Shown piece by piece: positions 46,281 through 54,240 of a stretch of DNA of 61,421 nucleotides (position 1 is the stretch's first letter; every line of letters begins with the position of its first letter). Source of the DNA: Pseudomonadota bacterium (GTDB taxonomy: Bacteria; Bdellovibrionota; FAC87; UBA2466); the NCBI GenBank assembly GCA_009927005.1, contig RFNV01000191.1, positions 1-61,421 of the forward strand, read 5' to 3'. The translations under genes and the position numbers were made by a program. The notes under the pieces are model-generated. The model searched no databases, had not been told where the DNA came from, and worked only from the letters and a program-made list of their open reading frames with translations.

Positions 46281-47304
46281 TCAGATTATTTCCTTTGAGT
46301 TTACGTTGAAACCGAGTCTCCATTAGCAAGTAGGACACGGTAAGCAATAAGAGAGCAGTGAGAGCTGGATAGAGAAAAAGTTCCTCCAATTCCGTATTCG
46401 CTGTGAGGAGGACTTTGGTTTTTTCGAGTTTATCGATTTCCTGTAGAATTCGCGACAGCATGCCTGAATCGCGCGCCATATAACTTTTTCCACCAGTTAT
46501 TTCCGACATTTCTTCTAAGAGTTTCGGATTGAGATAAGAGGGGACTTGGGCCACCAAGTGGGTCTTTCTTCCCCTTGAGTCAAAAGCATATATCGGCACG
46601 ACAACTCTATCTTGTTTGCCAATACCAATAGTGTAAATCCGGATACCTTCTTGAGCAGCAAGCTTTGCTGCTGTCATCGGATTTACTGCCCCCACATTGC
46701 TATCGCCATCAGTGAGCAAAATAAGAACTTTGTTTTTTGATTGACTCTTTCGGAGTCGGGCTATGCCGTTGGTGATTCCCAAGCCAATTGCCGTTCCTTG
46801 CTTAAGCTCTCTCAATTTAACTTCTTCGATTTGATTGAGAAGAAAATCGAAATCTCGTGTGAGAGGAGATTTCATAACGGCTTCTCCCCCAAACACAACG
46901 AGTCCAATGCGATCGTTGGGGCGTTGTGAGATAAATTGGCGAATTACCTGTTTTGCCGCAATAATTCTAGTTGGCTCTAAGTCCTCCGCATCCATGCTCT
47001 CGGAGACATCCAGAACGAGAACTATATCTACGCCTTCAGTCGATTTCTTTACGGTAGTTTTTGTACGAACGGGGCGTGCGACTGACGCAATCAGAAGCCC
47101 CAGCGCGAACAGTTGAGCCAGAAAAAGAAATCGAAACGCCCACCGGGTTCTCCGGATTGCTTTGAATAGGTCTCTCCATGGGCCGGGCATACGACTCAGG
47201 AGGCTGTCCTTTTGAGATCGCTTTCTAAAAAGAAAATAAAGGCCCGTCAGAGCCAGAGGAATCAAAAACCAGAATGCATTTTGGTGGGCCCACTGAAAAG
47301 TCAT
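46255..47304 (-). CDS. VWA-domain membrane protein (BatA-like)
   Basis: Two N-terminal TM helices, VWA MIDAS VLVLDVSESM, LLTDGDSN and a C-terminal TM helix. Confidence 0.75.
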   Translation of the reverse strand: MTFQWAHQNAFWFLIPLALTGLYFLFRKRSQKDSLLSRMPGPWRDLFKAIRRTRWAFRFLFLAQLFALGLLIASVARPVRTKTTVKKSTEGVDIVLVLDVSESMDAEDLEPTRIIAAKQVIRQFISQRPNDRIGLVVFGGEAVMKSPLTRDFDFLLNQIEEVKLRELKQGTAIGLGITNGIARLRKSQSKNKVLILLTDGDSNVGAVNPMTAAKLAAQEGIRIYTIGIGKQDRVVVPIYAFDSRGRKTHLVAQVPSYLNPKLLEEMSEITGGKSYMARDSGMLSRILQEIDKLEKTKVLLTANTELEELFLYPALTALLLLTVSYLLMETRFQRKLKGNNLNGLSTRTA

Positions 47305-48188
47305 AAATAATCACTTTCGATTCGAGCTAATAGCTCCTCTGCGAGTTTAGGCGCATCCTTCTTTACAACCGTGTGGTATTTAAAATCATCGATTTGAGCT
47401 AAGAGAGTTCTTGTTTTGGCTTTCAGTTGTTTTTCAGGGATTTCATGCTCAATCTCCATTCGCGTGAGCGCAGGAACAGTTGTTTGGGTCTGTCTTTGGA
47501 GAAAAATCTTAAAGGTGTATAGAATTCGATCGACCAATTCCGGATGGGTATTTCCGGCTTTTAACTCCCTTCTGAATTTGGCTATCTCTTTTCGGAGCCA
47601 CATCCTATCAGTCTCAAAGTTGGGTAGCTTAGGTTTCCATTCTATGAGCTGAGTTACCTTTCTCCAAGGTATCCGCAAGAGGCTCCAGCGAACCAACCAG
47701 ATCGCAAGAACAGCACCCAAACAAGCAATGAGAGTAAGGTAGGCCTTTCGCCAAGGAAATGGCGGGCGAAGCTTGCCAAAATCTGGTCTAATCTCTGTGT
47801 CCTCGGGAGCTCGGGAAGTGGTCACTGAAAGATCCAAGGCTTCCGTTGAAAAAGTATCAGCTCCCCATTTCACTTGTATCGGAGGAATTCGAAAGTCTCT
47901 TGCTTCATAAGCGGTAATTTCAAAGGTAATAGTCGTAGCGGTATCTGTCTGGTTCATGTTGCGTTCAAGAACCTTTAATTGGGGATGTCGATCGAGGAGA
48001 TCGTCGATTACCAGTGGCTTATCGGGTCGATTCGTATTGGGAAGAACGAGGGTCAAAATGGTGACCTCGCCAATTTGAATTGAACGTTTGTCTAGCGCGA
48101 AGCTGAAGCCCCAAAGTTGAGAGGGGAGCCAGCAGCTAACGAGCACTAAAAAAATGAACCAGTCTTTGTAAGTAATCATCTTGTACAC
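47301..48188 (-). CDS. Membrane protein of the Bat-type operon (BatD-like Ig N-domain + DUF4381-like TM/helical part)
   Basis: Signal-like N-terminus, a beta-rich region, the segment RPPFPWRKAYLTLIACLGAVLAIWLVRW, then a helical tail. The start overlaps the DUF58 3' end by about 45-53 nt. Confidence 0.45.
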   Translation of the reverse strand: MYKMITYKDWFIFLVLVSCWLPSQLWGFSFALDKRSIQIGEVTILTLVLPNTNRPDKPLVIDDLLDRHPQLKVLERNMNQTDTATTITFEITAYEARDFRIPPIQVKWGADTFSTEALDLSVTTSRAPEDTEIRPDFGKLRPPFPWRKAYLTLIACLGAVLAIWLVRWSLLRIPWRKVTQLIEWKPKLPNFETDRMWLRKEIAKFRRELKAGNTHPELVDRILYTFKIFLQRQTQTTVPALTRMEIEHEIPEKQLKAKTRTLLAQIDDFKYHTVVKKDAPKLAEELLARIESDYL

Positions 48189-49014
48189 TTAGTGGTAGAA
48201 AGTCTGCCTGACAGGCACTCGCCGTTTCTTCAATTTGAGCAGTAAAGCTAGCATAAAAGGAAGTAAGGGATTTTCGAAAAAAAGGGGATTCGGCATCCAA
48301 AAGGAAAAATTCTCCCGATTCAGGATCGCAAATTTCGGAAATTCCACTGCTAGAAATCAGTCTTTCCGAATCGTCATACCCCTGAAGAAGAATCACCTCA
48401 TGCTTTGAGCTGAGGGGCAGGAGTTGCCCCTTAAATGACGGCAATAGGAAATCCGATAGGATAAAGAGCAAGCTTCGATGTTTCAGAACTTTCTGACAGA
48501 AAGTAAGTGGCTGGGTGAGATCGCTCGTTTTGTTTGTGAGGTCCAAATACGAGAGCGCATTCAGAGACTGTAAAATGTCCTCTTTGTTACGGGTGGGGGG
48601 CATAAATGTCCGCACTTCACTATCAAAAAAGAGAAGGCCGATTCGGTAGTTTGACTTGATAGCACCCATTGCGAGAAGGGCGACGACTTCTGAATACATA
48701 TCAATTTTTCTTCGGGATCCAGATCCAAACAGAGAGGAACCACTAGTATCTACCAAAAGAAAAACATTTATTTCTCTTTCCTCTTCATAAACCTTCAAAG
48801 TTGGTTTTCCGGTTTTTGCGGTTGTGGTCCAGCTGATATGGCGAGGGTCATCTCCGATTTCGTATTGGCGAAATTCCTTAAACTGCATTCCCGAGCCTCG
48901 AAAAGTGCTTTCGTGACTTCCGGTATAGGAGGAGGGCAAGCGCCTTCGGCAATGAAACTCTATAAGGTCAATAGCGTGGAGAAGCTCGGGACGAAAATGA
49001 AAGTGGCCGGTCAT
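48136..49014 (-). CDS. DUF58 domain protein (MoxR partner)
   Basis: GSHESTFRGSGMQFKEFRQYEIGDDPRHISWTTTAKTGKPTLKVYEEERE is the DUF58 signature. Confidence 0.85.
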   Translation of the reverse strand: MTGHFHFRPELLHAIDLIEFHCRRRLPSSYTGSHESTFRGSGMQFKEFRQYEIGDDPRHISWTTTAKTGKPTLKVYEEEREINVFLLVDTSGSSLFGSGSRRKIDMYSEVVALLAMGAIKSNYRIGLLFFDSEVRTFMPPTRNKEDILQSLNALSYLDLTNKTSDLTQPLTFCQKVLKHRSLLFILSDFLLPSFKGQLLPLSSKHEVILLQGYDDSERLISSSGISEICDPESGEFFLLDAESPFFRKSLTSFYASFTAQIEETASACQADFLPLSVQDDYLQRLVHFFSAR

Positions 49015-49018
49015 GAGT

Positions 49019-50032
49019 TTATGGAATGGTAACTGTTGACAGAAGTTGCGTTACAATTTGGTCGCTGTCGAATCCCCTCGCTTCCGCATCAAAAGTCAAA
49101 ATGAGACGGTGTCTCAGCACTTCGTGTGCGACTTGTTTTACATCATCCGGAGTTACAAACGTGCGACCATCTAAAAAAGCATTCGCACGACTTGCTCGGT
49201 GGAGAAAGAGTGAGGCACGTGGAGAGGCGCCAATTCGGATAAAGGTTCTGAGTTCTTTTAATTTTGAGAGGTCTGCTTCTTTTGAGTCGATTGAAATGTC
49301 CTTGCGAGTACACAAGACAAGTCGAAGGATGTACTCCTCAATTCTAGTATCCGAATAAACCCAATTTAATTTTGTTTTCATTCTTAGGATTTCAGAAGTG
49401 GATACAACTTTCTGAATTTTGGGGCTTTCCTGTGCACTCATTCTCTCAATAATCAGTTTTTCTTCTTCCCGTTTTGGGTATCCCACTTTTACCTTAAACA
49501 TAAATCGGTCCAACTGAGCTTCAGGAAGAGGGTAGGTACCTTCTTGTTCAATTGGATTTTGGGTGGCTAAGACCAGAAAAGGTTCGTCTAAGCGGTAGGT
49601 AGTTTCTCCAATGGTAACTTGTTTTTCCGCCATGGCCTCAAGAAGAGCACTTTGAACTTTTGCTGGAGCACGGTTTATCTCATCCGCAAGAACTAAGTTT
49701 GAAAAAATGGGACCTTTCTTGGGAATAAACTCATGGGTTTCGTGTCGATAGATTACGGTACCAATCAGATCGCTGGGCAAAAGATCCGGAGTAAATTGGA
49801 TTCTTTGAAAACGGGCCTCAACAGCAGAGGCAAGACTTTTGACGGCGAGGGTTTTTGCTAGCCCCGGCAAGCCTTCGAGGAGGACATGGCCTTCGGTCAG
49901 GAGTCCTAAGAGTAAACAACGGGTCATGTGTTCTTGGCCAACAATGACTTTACTTACTTCGTTTAGGATTTTGTTTAGAGCCAAGGCATCATTGGAAATC
50001 TCTGCTTTTTGAGATTCAGACAAAGTTTGCAT
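49019..50032 (-). CDS. MoxR-family AAA+ ATPase
   Basis: Walker A LLEGLPGLAKT, Walker B LVLADEINRA, and the FLVLATQNPIEQEGTYPLPEAQLDRF motif. Confidence 0.9.
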   Translation of the reverse strand: MQTLSESQKAEISNDALALNKILNEVSKVIVGQEHMTRCLLLGLLTEGHVLLEGLPGLAKTLAVKSLASAVEARFQRIQFTPDLLPSDLIGTVIYRHETHEFIPKKGPIFSNLVLADEINRAPAKVQSALLEAMAEKQVTIGETTYRLDEPFLVLATQNPIEQEGTYPLPEAQLDRFMFKVKVGYPKREEEKLIIERMSAQESPKIQKVVSTSEILRMKTKLNWVYSDTRIEEYILRLVLCTRKDISIDSKEADLSKLKELRTFIRIGASPRASLFLHRASRANAFLDGRTFVTPDDVKQVAHEVLRHRLILTFDAEARGFDSDQIVTQLLSTVTIP

Positions 50033-50094
50033 GGGGAACTCTCTGGTTTAGAGGTAAGATTTTATAAGTTTAACTAATTTAGAAGATTTTCGAT

Positions 50095-50382
50095 ATGCCC
50101 ATCGTGACTCTGATGCCAAGCGGTCGTTTTATAGAGGTGCCCTCGGGAACATTGCTATTTGATGCGGCGTGCAGGGCTGGTTTGCCAGTAGCTTCTTCAT
50201 GCAGCGCAGAAGCCGTCTGCGGGAAGTGTGTCATGAAGATTCAATCGGGCATGGAAAAACTGAGCGCACCAACTGAACACGAAAAAAGACTTTTACTTCG
50301 AGATAAGCGAGAAGCTTCTGAGCGAATTAGTTGTATGGTTCGCCTCTATGGAGATTGCACAGTCTCTACAAGTTACTGGTAA
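50095..50382 (+). CDS. [2Fe-2S] ferredoxin
   Basis: C-x5-C-x2-C (SSCSAEAVCGKCV) plus a distal Cys (ISCMV). 95 aa with a beta-grasp-like N-terminus. Confidence 0.75.
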   Translation: MPIVTLMPSGRFIEVPSGTLLFDAACRAGLPVASSCSAEAVCGKCVMKIQSGMEKLSAPTEHEKRLLLRDKREASERISCMVRLYGDCTVSTSYW

Positions 50383-50385
50383 AAA

Positions 50386-51984
50386 TTAGAGTGATTTCTC
50401 CAAGATTCCAGCGGCTCGCTCTGGTCCAATCGCAAGTAGGAACGAAGCTAGCTTGGGCCCATTCGGTTTTGCCACCAAGATTTGGTAGATATCTTTAAAA
50501 AAAGCTTTTCCATCAATTCCGTGAGACTTCATAATCTCCCAGGTTTTGTTGGCCAACGCTTCTTCACTTTGTAAAAAAGTTCCCTCTTTAAGAACGGTAA
50601 TCAATTCCGACATTGCTTTTGGGAATTGAGTTTTGGTTGAGGGGTTTGTTTGCAAAGTGAATTTAAATTCAATGGGAGCATACTCAGTAATCCACTTCCA
50701 AGCTCTCTTGGCTCGGGAGTAAAACCTTTGTTCTTCTGCTGGAGAGCTAATCTGAGATTTATAAAATGCCATCGTCTTCTCTAGATCCCCTTCTTGAATC
50801 TGTAGAAGATTGCACAAGTGTCGGAAGGGAAACTGACTGGGCATTTTTGACGGCAGAGAAGTTGTTTCCACTCGAGAAAGCTCAAAAATTCGTTTTTCGT
50901 AATTTACTCTTTTTTCTTCAGCTTTTTCTACGCCAAAAGCGATGCGCTCACAACGATCGAAATCATCATAGGCTTTCATCACATCCAGATCGAAAGCGAT
51001 TGAGAAATCAAGATTTGGCTTTCTGCTTGCAAATAAATAACGAATAATCGCAGGTTCGTAAATATCTAGAGCTTCGCCCAAAGTGATTAGGTTTCCGGAA
51101 GATGAGGATAGTTTTGAACCGATTCCTTTTGCCAAGACAAAATCATATTGCACATAGAAGGGCGGTTCTCTTTTCCAAATCTCACGAATGATGTCGCACC
51201 CAGTATCGTAAGAACCCCCTTGAGAGGAGTGATCTTTTCCACCAGGTTCAAAGTCTACTCCTTCATGAGCCCATCGCATCGGCCAATCTACTCTCCAGAG
51301 AAGCTTAACGCCTTCTTCTTTATCAAAGTTGATGGCCGAAGTTTTCTTACAGGTTTTGCATGAGTAATGAACGTTCGATGGTTCTTCAAAAGAAAGAACT
51401 TCAGTTGTATCTTTTCCGCATTCTTTGCAAAAAACACTCAAGCATGACCAATGGCCGGGCAGAGGTTCTGTTCTTGATCGATTAAGAATATTAGCAATTT
51501 CTTTTTGATGCTTTAGAGCGTGTCGAATTCCTTGGCTATAGCGGCACGCACGATATTGTTCATTTTGATAAATAAAGTTTGGTTGAATGCCCAGCTGTGA
51601 AATTTCTGATTCAAACCGTTTTTCAAAGTGTCTTGCGTAAGAGGATTCGGTTCCGTACGGATCGGGAATCACAGCAAGAGGGCGCCTAAGATTCTTCTCA
51701 ATGAGTTCGGGGTTTGGAAGATTAGCGGGAACTTTTCTAAGTGCATCGTAATCATCCCAACTGTAAATAAAGCGAACTTTTCTTTTCTTATTGGTAAGGG
51801 CGCGAACGACAAAATCAACCGTGATAACTTCCCGGAAATTCCCAATGTGAACCACTCCACTTGGAGAAATTCCAGAAGCGCACACGAGGGTGTCTTTGTC
51901 GGGGTGTTTTTCAATTAGGGCATCTGCTGCATGGTCTGCCCAGTGAACAGTTGGTAGATCGACGGTTGATGAATTTTGTTCCAT
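50386..51984 (-). CDS. lysK: Lysyl-tRNA synthetase, class I
   Basis: Start moved to MEQNSST..VHWAD. HIGH-type SGISPSGVVHIGNFREV, DDYDALRKVP and KMSKS-type KLSSSSGN. The ORF-track extension of 85 codons crosses the divergent neighbour. Confidence 0.9.
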   Translation of the reverse strand: MEQNSSTVDLPTVHWADHAADALIEKHPDKDTLVCASGISPSGVVHIGNFREVITVDFVVRALTNKKRKVRFIYSWDDYDALRKVPANLPNPELIEKNLRRPLAVIPDPYGTESSYARHFEKRFESEISQLGIQPNFIYQNEQYRACRYSQGIRHALKHQKEIANILNRSRTEPLPGHWSCLSVFCKECGKDTTEVLSFEEPSNVHYSCKTCKKTSAINFDKEEGVKLLWRVDWPMRWAHEGVDFEPGGKDHSSQGGSYDTGCDIIREIWKREPPFYVQYDFVLAKGIGSKLSSSSGNLITLGEALDIYEPAIIRYLFASRKPNLDFSIAFDLDVMKAYDDFDRCERIAFGVEKAEEKRVNYEKRIFELSRVETTSLPSKMPSQFPFRHLCNLLQIQEGDLEKTMAFYKSQISSPAEEQRFYSRAKRAWKWITEYAPIEFKFTLQTNPSTKTQFPKAMSELITVLKEGTFLQSEEALANKTWEIMKSHGIDGKAFFKDIYQILVAKPNGPKLASFLLAIGPERAAGILEKSL

Positions 51985-52057
51985 AGGGGGATATCTATAG
52001 CACTTTTCCCTTCTCAAATCATTCCCATTAGATAAGAAATCGCCTATAGTTAGAGGT

Positions 52058-52537
52058 ATGAAATCTTGGGGCTGGCTTTTATTATTTATTTTAGCTGTTT
52101 TAGCTTCAGTGTATCTTTGGAAAAAACCAGCTGCCACCAATGTGGGAGCCCCCCAAACAAATCCAATGATGGTTCCATCAGGGACACCAAATTCGGTAGG
52201 GCCCTTTGGAGTACGCCCTCCTTCCCAAGGACTTCCCACCGCCCGGCCGGAAAATAATTTCAGACCAAATGAAGGTTATTCGCCCGACTCCCTTGCCCCG
52301 ACGCCAGTTCCTCCAGATCCAATGGGCCAGGCGCCTAGGATAGACCAAAACAATGAGGGAAACCCACCTGGATATATTCCCCCTCCGCCGCCGATAGCGC
52401 CTTTTCCAGAAGGCGACCAACCAGAATACTTTGACGGGGATGGAGTTCCGCCTCCTTTTGAGCCTCCCACTCCACTTGAGGAGTCTGGAGGATTCATTCC
52501 ACCACCACCTTCCCCAGAACCTGAGGCTGGCGAGTAG
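52058..52537 (+). CDS. Pro-rich single-pass membrane protein
   Basis: N-terminal TM helix MKSWGWLLLFILAVLASVYLW, then about 130 aa of P/G/E-rich low complexity (IPPPPPIAP.., IPPPPSPEPE). Confidence 0.45.
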   Translation: MKSWGWLLLFILAVLASVYLWKKPAATNVGAPQTNPMMVPSGTPNSVGPFGVRPPSQGLPTARPENNFRPNEGYSPDSLAPTPVPPDPMGQAPRIDQNNEGNPPGYIPPPPPIAPFPEGDQPEYFDGDGVPPPFEPPTPLEESGGFIPPPPSPEPEAGE

Positions 52538-53742
52538 TGTTCACCCGTTTTATAGCTTGGCGTTTTATGCTCCGAGGAACGGAAAAAGGGACCTTTAGTG
52601 CTATGACCCTTTTTGCGTGGTTAGCGATCGGAGTCGGTGTAGGCGCAATGAGTTCGTTGTTGTCGGTGATGTATGGATTTGAAAGCTCTCTCAAGAGCAA
52701 AGTCCTTAATGCTTATCCTCACATTATTATTGAATCGGAAAATTCCACCCGTTCGGTTCCTCGGATAGACGAATTAGAGAATAGCATTCGAAGAATCTCA
52801 AAAGTGAAAAGGGTTCTACCTTTTATCCAAAATGAGATGATCTTGAAGACTGAAAAACGAAGCATTGGATTAGTCGTTTGGGCGCTCCCAGAAAAAGAAA
52901 TGGGCAATCTTAATTTTCAGTTAAAGGACGGAAAATGGCCCACGAGCGAAGGCGGCGTCGCTCCTATCATGTTGGGCAGTGAGATTGGGGAAAGACTCGG
53001 AATCCTTTCTGGTGAGCAAGTAAGGCTCATTTCGCCACTGGAGAAGTCCGGTGCCCTGGGGTTAGTTCCCCAAAGTCAAACGTTCGTGGTCTCAGGCTTA
53101 TTCTCTTCGGGACATTACGAGTTTGACGAGCAGTATGGGCTTCTTGTTCTTGAGGACGCCCAAGAGCTACTGGGTTGGAATAATCAGATATCCGGTTGGC
53201 AGATTTGGGTTGATTCTCTTGAGGATACATCAGGTGTTTTATCTGAAATTCAAAAATACATTCCACCGACCCTGCAGGCAAAAAGTTGGGAAACGTTTAA
53301 TTCAGCTCTGTTTCAGTCTCTCAAATTGGAACAGTATTCAATGTTCATGATTCTTTCTTTTGCTATTTTAATAGCTGTAATGAACATCGTGATCACCTTA
53401 ACCATGAATGTAGCTCACAAACGAAAAAATATTGGTATTTTAATAGCCTTGGGAGCTACCCAAAAACAGATTCGGAAAATATTTTTGTGGCAGGGTGGCT
53501 TCATGGGAGCGGTCGGGTTAACTATTGGAGCTCTTTTGACGACAGCTTTTATCATGTATGTAAAATATTTTTCGATGTATCAACTTCCCGAAATTTATTA
53601 TGACAGAAGCATCCCAGTAGAATTAAGGCCTCTTTCGATTGCTTTGATCTATGCAGTTGCTACTCTCTTAATCTATCTAGCTACTATCTATCCTGCCGCA
53701 CAGGCCGCTCGCCTCAATGCGATTGAAGCCATTCGGGAGTAG
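52537..53742 (+). CDS. Lipoprotein-releasing ABC transporter permease, LolC/E family
   Basis: FIAWRFM..FSAMTLFAWLAIGVGVGAMSSLLSVMYGFE N-terminus, a periplasmic domain and a C-terminal FtsX-like 3-TM block. GTG start. Confidence 0.85.
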   Translation: MFTRFIAWRFMLRGTEKGTFSAMTLFAWLAIGVGVGAMSSLLSVMYGFESSLKSKVLNAYPHIIIESENSTRSVPRIDELENSIRRISKVKRVLPFIQNEMILKTEKRSIGLVVWALPEKEMGNLNFQLKDGKWPTSEGGVAPIMLGSEIGERLGILSGEQVRLISPLEKSGALGLVPQSQTFVVSGLFSSGHYEFDEQYGLLVLEDAQELLGWNNQISGWQIWVDSLEDTSGVLSEIQKYIPPTLQAKSWETFNSALFQSLKLEQYSMFMILSFAILIAVMNIVITLTMNVAHKRKNIGILIALGATQKQIRKIFLWQGGFMGAVGLTIGALLTTAFIMYVKYFSMYQLPEIYYDRSIPVELRPLSIALIYAVATLLIYLATIYPAAQAARLNAIEAIRE

Positions 53743-53750
53743 ACGACGGC

Positions 53751-54239
53751 TTAGGTTTTTAGGTGCTTTGAGGAGAGTTTGTGGAGTATTTTGTCCTGTA
53801 GACGAAACATAATGCATTCTTCTTTTTTACTTTTTTCATGATCGTAGCCAAATAAGTGAAGAGTCCCATGTACAGTCAGGCGCTCTAATTCCCGTCCGAG
53901 AGTTTCTTGATATTCTCTAGCTTGTCTTTTTGCGACAGGTAAACAAATAATCAGATCTCCTATTTCAATCTGTGGTTGATTTGGCAACAGATCGTCAAGG
54001 CGTGAAAACGAAAGCACATCAGTGGGTTTGTCTTTTTTGCGGTAAGTGCGATTAAGCTTTCGCATCATTGGAATGCCTACGAGCGCTACTGAAATAATCA
54101 GGCGTCCTTTTTGCTTTCTTAGAGGATGGGTAACTGTCTTTGGAATATGAGAAAGTGTGAGACGAATAGCTTGGCGGATGCGATGAGCATAGAAACGCGA
54201 GATTGGAGGCGAGCTGGAAAGAGTCACTGTGACTCGCAT
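53751..54239 (-). CDS. ybeY: rRNA maturation endoribonuclease YbeY
   Basis: HGTLHLFGYDHE zinc-binding motif and PTDVLSF. Confidence 0.9.
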   Translation of the reverse strand: MRVTVTLSSSPPISRFYAHRIRQAIRLTLSHIPKTVTHPLRKQKGRLIISVALVGIPMMRKLNRTYRKKDKPTDVLSFSRLDDLLPNQPQIEIGDLIICLPVAKRQAREYQETLGRELERLTVHGTLHLFGYDHEKSKKEECIMFRLQDKILHKLSSKHLKT

Positions 54240-54240
54240 A

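Noticed and set aside
51985-52239. 85-codon N-terminal extension of lysK
   Set aside because: Class I LysRS homologues start near ..VHWAD. The extension overlaps the divergent Pro-rich gene and mirrors its low-complexity composition.
52066-52700. Several 63-80-aa ORFs in other frames and strands over the Pro-rich gene
   Set aside because: These are composition artefacts of CCN/GGN-rich DNA, with no starts carrying an SD and no motifs.
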